A DNA stretch of 64,000 bases. It comes from an uncultured Verrucomicrobiae bacterium. GTDB taxonomy: Bacteria > Chlamydiota > Chlamydiia > Chlamydiales > Rhabdochlamydiaceae. Location of the stretch: contig CAWDYW010000001.1 of the NCBI GenBank assembly GCA_963806855.1, forward strand, positions 1,152,001-1,216,000, written 5' to 3'. Positions 47,748 to 56,345 of the stretch are shown here, in pieces. The position numbers and the translations under genes were made by a program. A model generated the notes under the pieces. The model made no database searches and was not told the origin of the DNA. It saw only the letters and a program-made list of their open reading frames with translations. Within the stretch, counting starts at the first letter, position 1, and every line of letters begins with the position of its first letter.

Positions 47748-48362
47748 ATGATCAAAGTTCTATTAAAAGACACTTCTGATTTCCAAGAACTCTCTATGGC
47801 CGATTTCGAAAAGACGATGGGGATCCGCTGGCTCGATCACCTCGAGTTTCAAAGCGATCAGTTCGCCGCTAAAGCGCTCCGAAAGTCCCAAGTGGCCCTC
47901 AGGAAGAAAGAGCTATCGGTCCGAGAAAATTGGATTGGGACTTACTTCCGTAAAGAGATCTCTAAAAGTTTCATCCCCCCAGTCACCGTCCGCTGGATAA
48001 GCGATCAGATCGGTTACGGAGTCTTTGCAGAGAGCGATATTGCCTCCGGCGCTTATATTGGCGAATACACCGGCACCATCCGAAAGAGGAAATGGCTGGC
48101 CGATCGGCGCAACGACTACTGCTTTGAATATACGATCGGCGATTGGATCTATAATCCGTTCATCATCGACGCCAAAGGGCAGGGGAATTTCACCCGCTTC
48201 ATCAACCACAGCGATACCCCCAACCTCGAGCCTCTTTCAGTGTATGCAGATGGGGTCATGCATATCGTCTTTATTGCCCAAAGGCCAATTCCGAAGGGGA
48301 CTGAGCTCAGTTACCACTATGGGGACAGCTTTTGGAAAAAAAGAGCTAATTTGAAAATTTAG
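47748..48362 (+). CDS. SET-domain lysine methyltransferase, chlamydial NUE homolog
   Basis: IGYGVFA, IGEYTG, NDYCF, GNFTRFINHSDTPNLE, ELSYHYG..FW; start uncertain. Confidence 0.92.
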   Translation: MIKVLLKDTSDFQELSMADFEKTMGIRWLDHLEFQSDQFAAKALRKSQVALRKKELSVRENWIGTYFRKEISKSFIPPVTVRWISDQIGYGVFAESDIASGAYIGEYTGTIRKRKWLADRRNDYCFEYTIGDWIYNPFIIDAKGQGNFTRFINHSDTPNLEPLSVYADGVMHIVFIAQRPIPKGTELSYHYGDSFWKKRANLKI

Positions 48363-49572
48363 GTGTTCCGCCGTTTAAGAAAGCTTCGTGCATATCACGC
48401 ATCACCTCATCATATTGCTTTCTATTAATTTTTTTTAAAGCTTCGTTCATATCACGCATCATCTCATCATATTGCTTTCTATTAATATCATTCCAATCGT
48501 TAATAATACGATCATGCTCTGCAAATTGCTCTCTATAATATTGTTTCGAAAAGTGCTCATTAATGTTTAAGTCTAATGGTTGGGGGTTCCAGCGACAAAT
48601 ACAACTGTAGGCATAGCTCAGTTGTTCTTGTGCATAAGGACCAACCCATGCGAGTTTTTGGAGGAGAGCGTTTGCAGCTTTTTCCATTTTAGCACAGTTA
48701 TTGGTAGAAATATTAGCGCATTCAAAGATTCTTCTAGCATTCCCCAAATGATGAGATTCTTGAGGTGTTGGTACTTGCGAAATGCATCCATAGACTCTCA
48801 GAGCTTCTTGTCCGGCTTCTGTTGTAAATGCTTTTTTCAGAATCTCTTGGCCTGCTTTTAAGGCCATTAGCACTTCTGGGTTTCCGCCTTTATCTGGATG
48901 GAAAACTCTGGCTAAATTACGAAATGTAGTTTTTGTTTCTTCCCAACCTTTAGTATTGTCTACCTCCCAGAAGGGGAAATTAGCACATCGAAATAGAGCT
49001 TTTGCTTGATCGAAGGTTTCAGGCGTACCATGGTATAATATGCATGAGGAAGTTGATGTCTTAGAACCGATCCAAGAAAGTACAGAATTTATAACGTTAG
49101 TTTTATATAAAACTGTAATGATGACCCCTGCTACAACTAGATTCATAAAATGGATTTTCTCGTTGATTCGAACCACAGTTTTTAAGCAATAATCTATATA
49201 GGAAGTTCTCTCAGCATTAACTTCTTCGTTGATAGGGTTTACATATTCTGTAGGTTTGTCTTCCGCGATGACTTCAGGAGTCGACCATGGATTCAAGAGC
49301 TCTATTGATCTATTTATCGAGAGAATATAACCATCTAATTTCTTATTTGCATACCTAAGGTGGTGGGAATTGAAGACGAAAAAGTTTATCCTCGAGATAA
49401 TAAAATTAATTACGTTAAGGCAGGTGACGAGAAGGAGCTTTGGAGGATAGGCAATGATATAAGCAGGGGTAAGGATAATGAATTTGGCTGATTTTTCAAA
49501 AAATCCGCTGGAGTCATTCTTTATTGACGGTTGAGTGGGATTGGGAACAGATGGAACGTCGGTTATTGGCAT
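48346..49572 (-). CDS. Membrane-anchored J-domain protein, candidate effector
   Basis: FRNLARVFHPDKGGNPEVLMALKAG; two hydrophobic segments; C-terminal duplication. Confidence 0.8.
   Translation of the reverse strand: MPITDVPSVPNPTQPSIKNDSSGFFEKSAKFIILTPAYIIAYPPKLLLVTCLNVINFIISRINFFVFNSHHLRYANKKLDGYILSINRSIELLNPWSTPEVIAEDKPTEYVNPINEEVNAERTSYIDYCLKTVVRINEKIHFMNLVVAGVIITVLYKTNVINSVLSWIGSKTSTSSCILYHGTPETFDQAKALFRCANFPFWEVDNTKGWEETKTTFRNLARVFHPDKGGNPEVLMALKAGQEILKKAFTTEAGQEALRVYGCISQVPTPQESHHLGNARRIFECANISTNNCAKMEKAANALLQKLAWVGPYAQEQLSYAYSCICRWNPQPLDLNINEHFSKQYYREQFAEHDRIINDWNDINRKQYDEMMRDMNEALKKINRKQYDEVMRDMHEAFLNGGTPKFSN
48378..48488. repeat. 57-bp tandem duplication in the 3' end of the J-domain gene
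   Basis: INRKQYDE[M/V]MRDM[N/H]EA encoded twice. Confidence 0.85.
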
Positions 49573-49654
49573 GAGAGAAATTATATTGAAAATTTTGATT
49601 TTTTCAATACTTTAACCCTCGGCCAGATTTTGGCCGAGGGCAATAGTTTTTTGA

Positions 49655-50272
49655 TTAATTAATCTTGATCAATTCCATGTCGAAGATCAGCGTTGAGTTA
49701 GGCTCGATGTAGGGCCCATAGCCATTCTCTCCGTACGCGAGGTAAGAGGGGATAACGATTTGCCATTTATCGCCAACGCGCATTTTTTTGAGCGCTTCGG
49801 TCCAACCTGGGATCACACGGCTGACTGGGAAAGTTGCGGGTGCTTCGCGATCGTAGGTGCTGTCGAAGACGTTGCCGTTGATCAGTGTGCCGCGGTAGTG
49901 GACAGTCACTTCGTCGTGCATTGAGGGGCTTTTGCCAGATCCAGATTGAAGAATTTTGTATTGGAGGCCGCTTGGAAGGGTATTCACATCTTCATCGCGC
50001 TTATTCTTTTTAAGGAACTCTTCTCCGTCGTTCTTATTTTTTTCGGCAAGCTGCTCCAAGAAGACCTTTTGCTGCTCTTGTACTTGATTTTGAAGAGCTT
50101 GTAAAATTTTTACGATCTCTTCTTTGGCTAGGGCGGGAGCCTTTTCAGCCAGAGCATCGCCAAATCCCTTGATTAACAGGCTGTGGTCGATGTCTTTAAA
50201 TTGTCCTTTGATGTTTTTGCCAGCTTCGAGGCCAATGCAATAACTCACTTTTTCTTTATTGGTGTCCATCAT
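49655..50272 (-). CDS. FKBP-type peptidyl-prolyl isomerase (FklB/Mip-like)
   Basis: KVSYCIG, LPSGLQY, VHYRGTL, VFDS, VIPGWTEAL, IPSYLAYG. Confidence 0.95.
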   Translation of the reverse strand: MMDTNKEKVSYCIGLEAGKNIKGQFKDIDHSLLIKGFGDALAEKAPALAKEEIVKILQALQNQVQEQQKVFLEQLAEKNKNDGEEFLKKNKRDEDVNTLPSGLQYKILQSGSGKSPSMHDEVTVHYRGTLINGNVFDSTYDREAPATFPVSRVIPGWTEALKKMRVGDKWQIVIPSYLAYGENGYGPYIEPNSTLIFDMELIKIN

Positions 50273-50322
50273 ATCTCCTATCTGGTAGTGATTTTTACAG
50301 TCTATTCGAGTATACTGTCTAC

Positions 50323-51138
50323 ATGCAAATCAAATCTTCTAAAAAAATGAATTTACTAGAGGCCCTACAGCTGCTAGCCCCAGAGAGCTCGAAAAACACC
50401 CTACGTTCATGGATTGAGCAGGGGCGTGTATCAATCGATCAGAAAAGAGCTGAGCGAGCCAATCAAACTGTCGAAGAAGGACAAGAGGTTTCGGTCACAA
50501 CCAAGCCCAAGTTTCTTCCGCATGGACTAAAGATTGTCTACGAAGACGAAGATCTGGTGGTGATCGATAAACCCGCAGGTCTACTGAGCGTGGCAACTGA
50601 CATGGAAAAAGGGCTGACGGCGCACGGCTTGCTCAAGCACCGTTTTCACAATCCCAAAGTTTATCCGATCCATCGTCTCGACCGAGAGACCTCAGGCCTT
50701 CTCGTTTTTGCCTATACGGAAGAGGCGCGCGCAGATCTCAAAGAGCAGCTGGCCGAGCGGACGATGCATCGAGAATATCGGGCGCTCGTTCATGGTCATC
50801 CGGGCAATGGAACTTGGAAAAGTTTTTTAATGGAAGATCCGGTGATGCGGGTTCATACTTGCTCGCCTTCTGATGGGAAAGAGGCGATCACCCATTTCGA
50901 GACGATCAGGAAAGTGGGCAATCGCTCCCTTTTGAAACTCAAACTCCAGTCGGGCCGCAAACACCAAATCCGAGTCCAAGCAGCAGAGGCAGGATTTCCT
51001 GTGGTCGGCGATCAAAAATATGGCATTCCCGAGGATGAGGGAAAACAATTAGTGCTTTCGGCAGTCGAGCTCCATTTTGTCCACCCTCGCACGAAAAAGA
51101 AGATGTGTTTCTCCACCTTGGCTGCTGAGGATCGATAA
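50323..51138 (+). CDS. RluA-family pseudouridine synthase
   Basis: [32 protein letters not shown]. Confidence 0.94.
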   Translation: MQIKSSKKMNLLEALQLLAPESSKNTLRSWIEQGRVSIDQKRAERANQTVEEGQEVSVTTKPKFLPHGLKIVYEDEDLVVIDKPAGLLSVATDMEKGLTAHGLLKHRFHNPKVYPIHRLDRETSGLLVFAYTEEARADLKEQLAERTMHREYRALVHGHPGNGTWKSFLMEDPVMRVHTCSPSDGKEAITHFETIRKVGNRSLLKLKLQSGRKHQIRVQAAEAGFPVVGDQKYGIPEDEGKQLVLSAVELHFVHPRTKKKMCFSTLAAEDR

Positions 51139-51866
51139 TGGAAGAAGAGCTCGTACGACTATCCAAACTGATGTCTGAGCGAGGACTCTGTTCGCGCCGG
51201 GAAGCGGACGCTTACATCGAAGCCGGAGAGGTGCTCGTCAATGGAGAAGTAGTCTCTGTTCTCGGCACAAAAGTCCCCAAATCGGTGCAGATTGCCCTCA
51301 AGCAAAGAGCCCGCGCATTTCAAAATAGCAAAGTGACCATCCTCCTCAATAAACCGGTTGGATATGTCTCGACTCAGCCTGAAAAAGGGTATACGCCAGC
51401 TATCGAGTTGATCGGCCCGGATAATCAATTTGGTGGAAAAGAGAAGCTCCATCCCAATCACCTAAGAGAACTGAGTGTCGCCGGCCGGCTCGATATTGAC
51501 TCTCGCGGCCTTTTAGTCTTTACCCAAGATGGGGTCATCACGAAGCAGATTATCGGTCCCGAGGCTGATCTTGAAAAGGAATATCTCGTCGGCGTCGAAG
51601 GGAAAATCACTCCGCAGCTGCTGGCAAAACTCTGCTTTGGACTTGTCCTAGACGATAAACCCTTAAAGCGTGCGGTAGTCGAGGAAATCGAGCCCAACCT
51701 CTTGCGTTTCATCCTCAGAGAGGGGAAGAAGAGACAAATCCGCCGCATGTGTGAACTGGTCGGCCTGCGGGTCACCAAACTCAAACGGGTCCGTGTCGGC
51801 CGGGTGATGCTAGGGAAATTGCCCGAAGGCATGTGGCGCTTCCTTGAGCCCCACGAAAAATTCTAA
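51138..51866 (+). CDS. RsuA/RluB/RluF-family pseudouridine synthase
   Basis: S4 domain [31 protein letters not shown]. Confidence 0.94.
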   Translation: MEEELVRLSKLMSERGLCSRREADAYIEAGEVLVNGEVVSVLGTKVPKSVQIALKQRARAFQNSKVTILLNKPVGYVSTQPEKGYTPAIELIGPDNQFGGKEKLHPNHLRELSVAGRLDIDSRGLLVFTQDGVITKQIIGPEADLEKEYLVGVEGKITPQLLAKLCFGLVLDDKPLKRAVVEEIEPNLLRFILREGKKRQIRRMCELVGLRVTKLKRVRVGRVMLGKLPEGMWRFLEPHEKF

Positions 51867-51911
51867 GTCATTGATTCTAAATTCTTTGCTATGTATAATA
51901 GACAAAAAATA

Positions 51912-51940
51912 TTGAAGTCGTACATTATCTTATGTACAAT
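51912..51940 (+). promoter_or_regulatory. hicAB promoter with overlapping palindromic operator
   Basis: TTGAAG-17 bp-TACAAT; GTACAT-N6-ATGTAC at 51920-51937. Confidence 0.6.
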
Positions 51941-51954
51941 AAAGGTATGATCTA

Positions 51955-52143
51955 ATGAAAAAAAGAGATCTGGAAAATGAGCTTTCTAAGTTGGGTTGGA
52001 GATTTTATGACCATAGTGGAAATCATGATATCTGGACAAATGGGAGTAAAAAAGAAGCAATCTCCAGGCACAGAGAAATAAACGAGTATACAGCGAAAAA
52101 GATATTAAAAGTCGCGAAGGAAAACCCTCCAAAAGAAAAATAA
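51955..52143 (+). CDS. hicA: HicA family toxin
   Basis: MKKRDLENELSKLGW..GNHDIW..ISRHREINEYTAKKILK. Confidence 0.9.
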   Translation: MKKRDLENELSKLGWRFYDHSGNHDIWTNGSKKEAISRHREINEYTAKKILKVAKENPPKEK

Positions 52144-52155
52144 TAGAGGTAAAAG

Positions 52156-52584
52156 ATGGAATTAGAAGGAAAAGTTTGGAAAGATGGGCGTCTTTGGATA
52201 GTTGAAATTCCCTGTCTCAATGTTTCTACTCAGGGAAAAACTAGAAAAAGTGCTTTATTTATGATCCAAGATGCTGTTTTTGAACTTATGAACAGTTATT
52301 TCGGTGGATTGGATAAAAAATTCAAAATATCGATAAATGATTATAAAAAGGATGCTTTTGGATTGACTTCGAATGATAATAAACTGCTCTTATCATTTCT
52401 ATTAATACGACAGCGAGAGGAAAATGGTTTAAGCATTCGAGATGTGGCAAAGCGTCTTGAATCTAAAAATCCTAATTCGTATGCACAATATGAAAAGGGA
52501 CGGATTAATTTTTCGATCGATCAGTATGAAAAATTAATGCACGCGATCAATCCAAAACGCATAAGCATTTTACGAGTCGTTTAG
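52156..52584 (+). CDS. hicB: HicB family antitoxin with C-terminal HTH
   Basis: WIVEIPCLNVSTQGKTRKSALFMIQDA; REENGLSIRDVAKRL..YAQYEKG. Confidence 0.88.
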   Translation: MELEGKVWKDGRLWIVEIPCLNVSTQGKTRKSALFMIQDAVFELMNSYFGGLDKKFKISINDYKKDAFGLTSNDNKLLLSFLLIRQREENGLSIRDVAKRLESKNPNSYAQYEKGRINFSIDQYEKLMHAINPKRISILRVV

Positions 52585-53870
52585 ATTGGTTCGAATTCCT
52601 TCTTGGTGAGGATATCCTTTTCCCCTTCGCTGCGGGCGACAAAGACGGCGCAGCAGCCATCAGCAAAAATATTCGTCGCAGAGCGGAACATATCGAGAAT
52701 CCGATCGACAGCCAAAAATAGCCCAACGCCTTCTGCGGGGAGGCCGAGAACCCGGAGCAGCACCAGAATAATCACCAAGCTGCCGCTAGGGATGCTGGCG
52801 ATGCCGATCGAGGTCAGCAGCGTCATGAAGATGAACAGAAATTGAGTGCCGATCGATAGCTCTATCCCAAAACTTTGGGCCACATAGAGCGCCGCCATCC
52901 CTTCATAGAGGGCCGAACCGGTCAAGTTAACCGAGACTCCCAGAGGGATCACCAGAGAACAAATCCTATTAGAGACCCCAGCCCGTTTTTCCATGCATTC
53001 CATCGTAATGGGCAGAGCCGCTGAAGAAGAGCTGGTGGAAAAGGCGGTGATCAGCGCAGGGGCCATCGCGCGGAACTGATTCCAGGGATTGACCTTTGAA
53101 ACAAATCTAAGCAGAAGTGGCAGAGCGACAAAGACAAAAACCGCTAAGGCGAGCAGGACGGTGACAAAGAACATACCGACCGAAGTGAGTGACTTGAGAC
53201 CAGTTTCTGCAAAGACCTTGGCGACCAAACAGAAGACACCTATGGGGAGCACCTTCATGATATAATGGGTGATATTGATCATTGCTTCAAAGATCCCATT
53301 CCAAAAATTCATGTGGTTCTCTGCAGCTTTAGCGCTAATATGGGTCAGTGCGTAACCAAAAAGAAAGCTAAAGAAAATGAGGCCGAGCATATTGCCCTTG
53401 GCGAACGCATCGAGCACATTGGGCGGAACCAGATCGAGGATCATCGTCACGAAGGCCCCTTTTCCATCTGTGTTGAGATTTTCACCCAGCGCCGCCAGTT
53501 TTTCCGGCGAGACGAGCTCTGAGATATTCCCTACATTGGCAGTCCCAGGGTGGAAAAGGTTGATGATGACGATCCCGATGATGATAGCGATGATTTTCGT
53601 CACAAAGTAAAAGATAAAGGTCTTAATTCCGATCCGACCAAATTCTCCTTCACTGCCGATGCGAGCAATCCCTGTGATGATCGAAGAGGAGACCAGGGGG
53701 ACGATGATCAGAGTCAGCGAATTGATGAACAATTTGCCGATCAGATCGTACATCGAATAGAAGGAGACGCCGAAAATTCCATGTTCTTTACCAGAAAGAG
53801 TGCCGAGCACAATCGCAAGTGCGATCGCAATGAGAACTGCCCAGGGTTTCTTCTTTTTTCGGTGTTGCAT
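52581..53870 (-). CDS. Dicarboxylate/amino acid:cation symporter (GltP-like)
   Basis: AFSTSSSSAALP, PLGVSVNLTGSALY, VDRILDMFRS. Confidence 0.94.
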   Translation of the reverse strand: MQHRKKKKPWAVLIAIALAIVLGTLSGKEHGIFGVSFYSMYDLIGKLFINSLTLIIVPLVSSSIITGIARIGSEGEFGRIGIKTFIFYFVTKIIAIIIGIVIINLFHPGTANVGNISELVSPEKLAALGENLNTDGKGAFVTMILDLVPPNVLDAFAKGNMLGLIFFSFLFGYALTHISAKAAENHMNFWNGIFEAMINITHYIMKVLPIGVFCLVAKVFAETGLKSLTSVGMFFVTVLLALAVFVFVALPLLLRFVSKVNPWNQFRAMAPALITAFSTSSSSAALPITMECMEKRAGVSNRICSLVIPLGVSVNLTGSALYEGMAALYVAQSFGIELSIGTQFLFIFMTLLTSIGIASIPSGSLVIILVLLRVLGLPAEGVGLFLAVDRILDMFRSATNIFADGCCAVFVARSEGEKDILTKKEFEPI

Positions 53871-53904
53871 CCTTTTCGCATCAAAAAGGATTGGTACTTT
53901 TTGG

Positions 53905-55164
53905 TCAAGAGAGAGGTTCTTTTAGAACCTTTTCCTTTTCGGTGTGGGCAACTAAGACAGCGCAGGAGCTGTCGCTGAAGACATTGACTGTGGTGCGGCA
54001 CATGTCGAGGATCCGGTCGACTGGCAGGATCAGTTCGAGCCCGGTGACGGGGAGTCCCATCGCATTGAGGACGATCATAATCGACACTAAGCTGCCCGAA
54101 GGGATGCCGGCGATCCCCATCGAGGTGATGAGGGAGAGGAAGACAATCAAGGCCTGATGGACGAAGGTGAGCTCGAGTCCATAGACTTGAGCGATGAAGA
54201 AGACGGCGACACATTCATAGAGGGCTGAGCCAGACATATTGACCGAGGTGCCGAGCGGAATGACAAAGCTGCAGATCTTGTTCGAAACGCCGGCCCGTTT
54301 TTCAACGCAGTCCATCGTGATGGGGAGGGTCGCGGTCGAAGAGCTGGTCGAAAAGGCGGTGATCAGGGCGGGCGCCATCGCTTGCAGGTGTCGAATCGGA
54401 TTGAGCCCCATGACTCGGAGTAGGAGGGGGAGGATCACGAACATAAAGACAGATAGGCCGATCGTCACGGTGGCAAAGAAAGAGAGAAGCGGTTTAAAGC
54501 TCTCGGGCCCTTGTTCGGCGGTGGCTTTGGCGACTAGGAAGAACACTCCAAGGGGCATCGCCTTCATGATGAATTGGGTCATCTTCATCAAAGTCGCAAA
54601 AATCCCTTTAATCGCACTGGATATGACCGTTGCCGAGTTTGACTCGATCTTGGCGAGGGCGAAACCAAAGAGGAAACTAAAAAAGAGGATCCCGAGCATG
54701 TTGCCATGGACGGCAGCTTCGAAGATGTTGACCGGAATGATTTTGAGAATGATCTTCCCAATGATGTCGCTATGGGAGGGGGCAGCTTGACTGAGAATTT
54801 CGGGAAGCGGAGCGGTGGGCAGTGTAGCGGCGGAATGGAGCCCAGGCTGAATAAGGTTTACTAGAATCATCCCCGTGAGTACCGCAAGCAGGGTGGTAAA
54901 GATGTAGAAGAAGAAAGTTTTGCCACCTAGCCGTCCAAAGGAATGGTCCCGGCCGATTTGGCTGATCCCAAAGATCACGCTTGAGGAGACGAGGGGCACC
55001 ATCAAGAGGGTGAGGGCATTGAGGAAGAGTTGTCCAAGAAAGGCAAAGAGTTTGATGTAGCGGATCCCGAATAGGGTCGAATCGGGGGTAGAAAAGGCTC
55101 CGACTAAAATGGCTAGAGCGATTGCGGCAAGCACTTGCCACAACATCGAAGATTTTTTTTGCAT
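53905..55164 (-). CDS. Dicarboxylate/amino acid:cation symporter (GltP-like), tandem paralog
   Basis: AFSTSSSTATLP, PLGTSVNMSGSALY, VDRILDMCRTTVNV. Confidence 0.94.
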   Translation of the reverse strand: MQKKSSMLWQVLAAIALAILVGAFSTPDSTLFGIRYIKLFAFLGQLFLNALTLLMVPLVSSSVIFGISQIGRDHSFGRLGGKTFFFYIFTTLLAVLTGMILVNLIQPGLHSAATLPTAPLPEILSQAAPSHSDIIGKIILKIIPVNIFEAAVHGNMLGILFFSFLFGFALAKIESNSATVISSAIKGIFATLMKMTQFIMKAMPLGVFFLVAKATAEQGPESFKPLLSFFATVTIGLSVFMFVILPLLLRVMGLNPIRHLQAMAPALITAFSTSSSTATLPITMDCVEKRAGVSNKICSFVIPLGTSVNMSGSALYECVAVFFIAQVYGLELTFVHQALIVFLSLITSMGIAGIPSGSLVSIMIVLNAMGLPVTGLELILPVDRILDMCRTTVNVFSDSSCAVLVAHTEKEKVLKEPLS

Positions 55165-55175
55165 AAGCCCTACCT

Positions 55176-56078
55176 TTAAGTTTCAAGCGCCATCTTCCGC
55201 TGTGCCAGTTTTTCAATGACCGAGATGGGAGCGCTCTCGGGATTGACTAGCGCCGAAGGGGGGACCAAGATGGTCTGCTCGAGCGCATATTGGCCAGCGG
55301 TCGCCGCATGGGAGACCTGATCGGTAAAGACAATCCAGCAGGACATGGAGGGGAATTCCCAATAATCTTTAGGGCAGGTTTGTTGAAATTCTTGGTTTTC
55401 TTTTAAAAAATTATGCAGATTTAGCATGAAGACATCGTAAGGGGAGCGAAGAGTGATCGGGAGGCCCAATTTTTGGCCAAGGGAGGCAAGCGACCTTAGG
55501 AGGGTATCATTCTTGGGAAACCGGACATCTTTTCCTCCAAAACGGGCTGCGAGCACTTCGAGCGGATCGGAAGTTGTCCAAAATCTACTATCTGTCGGAT
55601 TGATGTTGGTGAAAAATCGCATGATCCGATTCCCGTTCATCGGCCGGGTGGGGAAGGAGTCGACATGGAGCAGATCGTTGCGGGCGCGGGTTCTAAGCTG
55701 TCTCCCTTTCTCTTGGAAGGGTCTAAAGCTGGCATAATCCAATTTCCATTGTGAAGCGTAGGGGGCGAGGAGCTCGGAAAGAAAGGTGGAGACAGTTTGA
55801 GAATAGCGCTGCATCACTTCCAAAAGCCGTTTTGAATGGTCTTCGGAGAGCTCAACTGCATTGGAGATGCTATTGGTTTTTGGTTTATAAGCGATATTTT
55901 TTCGGTTTTTTGCTCCTGTCTGTCTCTGAGCAAGGAGAAACTGCAGATCTTCATCCGCGAAATGGAAGGGGACGAAGGGGATGTAAAGGATATTTCCAGC
56001 TTCGAGCTGTTTACAATAGCGGTCTTGGTAGTTACTAGAAGCAAGCTCTTCTTTGTTGATCGTGATTAATTTTGCCAT
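55176..56078 (-). CDS. Kdo hydroxylase family protein (KdoO-like)
   Basis: KNIAY, SFRP, LLHVDSFPTRP, RFFTNINP, YDVFMLNLHNFLK, FTDQVSHA..GQYALEQT. Confidence 0.85.
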   Translation of the reverse strand: MAKLITINKEELASSNYQDRYCKQLEAGNILYIPFVPFHFADEDLQFLLAQRQTGAKNRKNIAYKPKTNSISNAVELSEDHSKRLLEVMQRYSQTVSTFLSELLAPYASQWKLDYASFRPFQEKGRQLRTRARNDLLHVDSFPTRPMNGNRIMRFFTNINPTDSRFWTTSDPLEVLAARFGGKDVRFPKNDTLLRSLASLGQKLGLPITLRSPYDVFMLNLHNFLKENQEFQQTCPKDYWEFPSMSCWIVFTDQVSHAATAGQYALEQTILVPPSALVNPESAPISVIEKLAQRKMALET

Positions 56079-56170
56079 AAAATTCCCCCCATAAATTCTT
56101 GCAATTCTACCCTCCTCACTGCTTATTTTCAACTTGAAAATTTTTCCACTCAAGTCTATACCAAAATATT

Positions 56171-56342
56171 AGACCTCTTGCATAACTCAGGGTTCGTCGA
56201 TTTTCGGGATTATTTTGGCCGATTTTCGATTCAAATTGCAGGGGTCATATACGAGATGCTGATATTACCCCCGCAATTTGAAGTCGAAAATCGGCTCAAA
56301 AGAACCCGAAAATCGACAGAACCTGAGTTATGCAAGAGGTCT
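56171..56342. mobile_element. 172-bp palindromic element (family B, RPE-like) abutting the aconitase start
   Basis: Perfect 21-bp terminal IR AGACCTCTTGCATAACTCAGG / CCTGAGTTATGCAAGAGGTCT; internal arms shared with 60790-60958. Confidence 0.85.
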
Positions 56343-56345
56343 ATT

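Noticed and set aside
49616..49640. GC-rich hairpin CCCTCGGCCA..TGGCCGAGGG as a repeat element
   Set aside because: Single copy just after the FKBP gene stop; most likely a terminator-type hairpin, though the U-tract is weak.
56178..56345. 56-aa N-terminal extension as part of aconitase
   Set aside because: It is the palindromic element; aconitase homology starts at ATG 56346. Kept only as a hypothesis in the findings.
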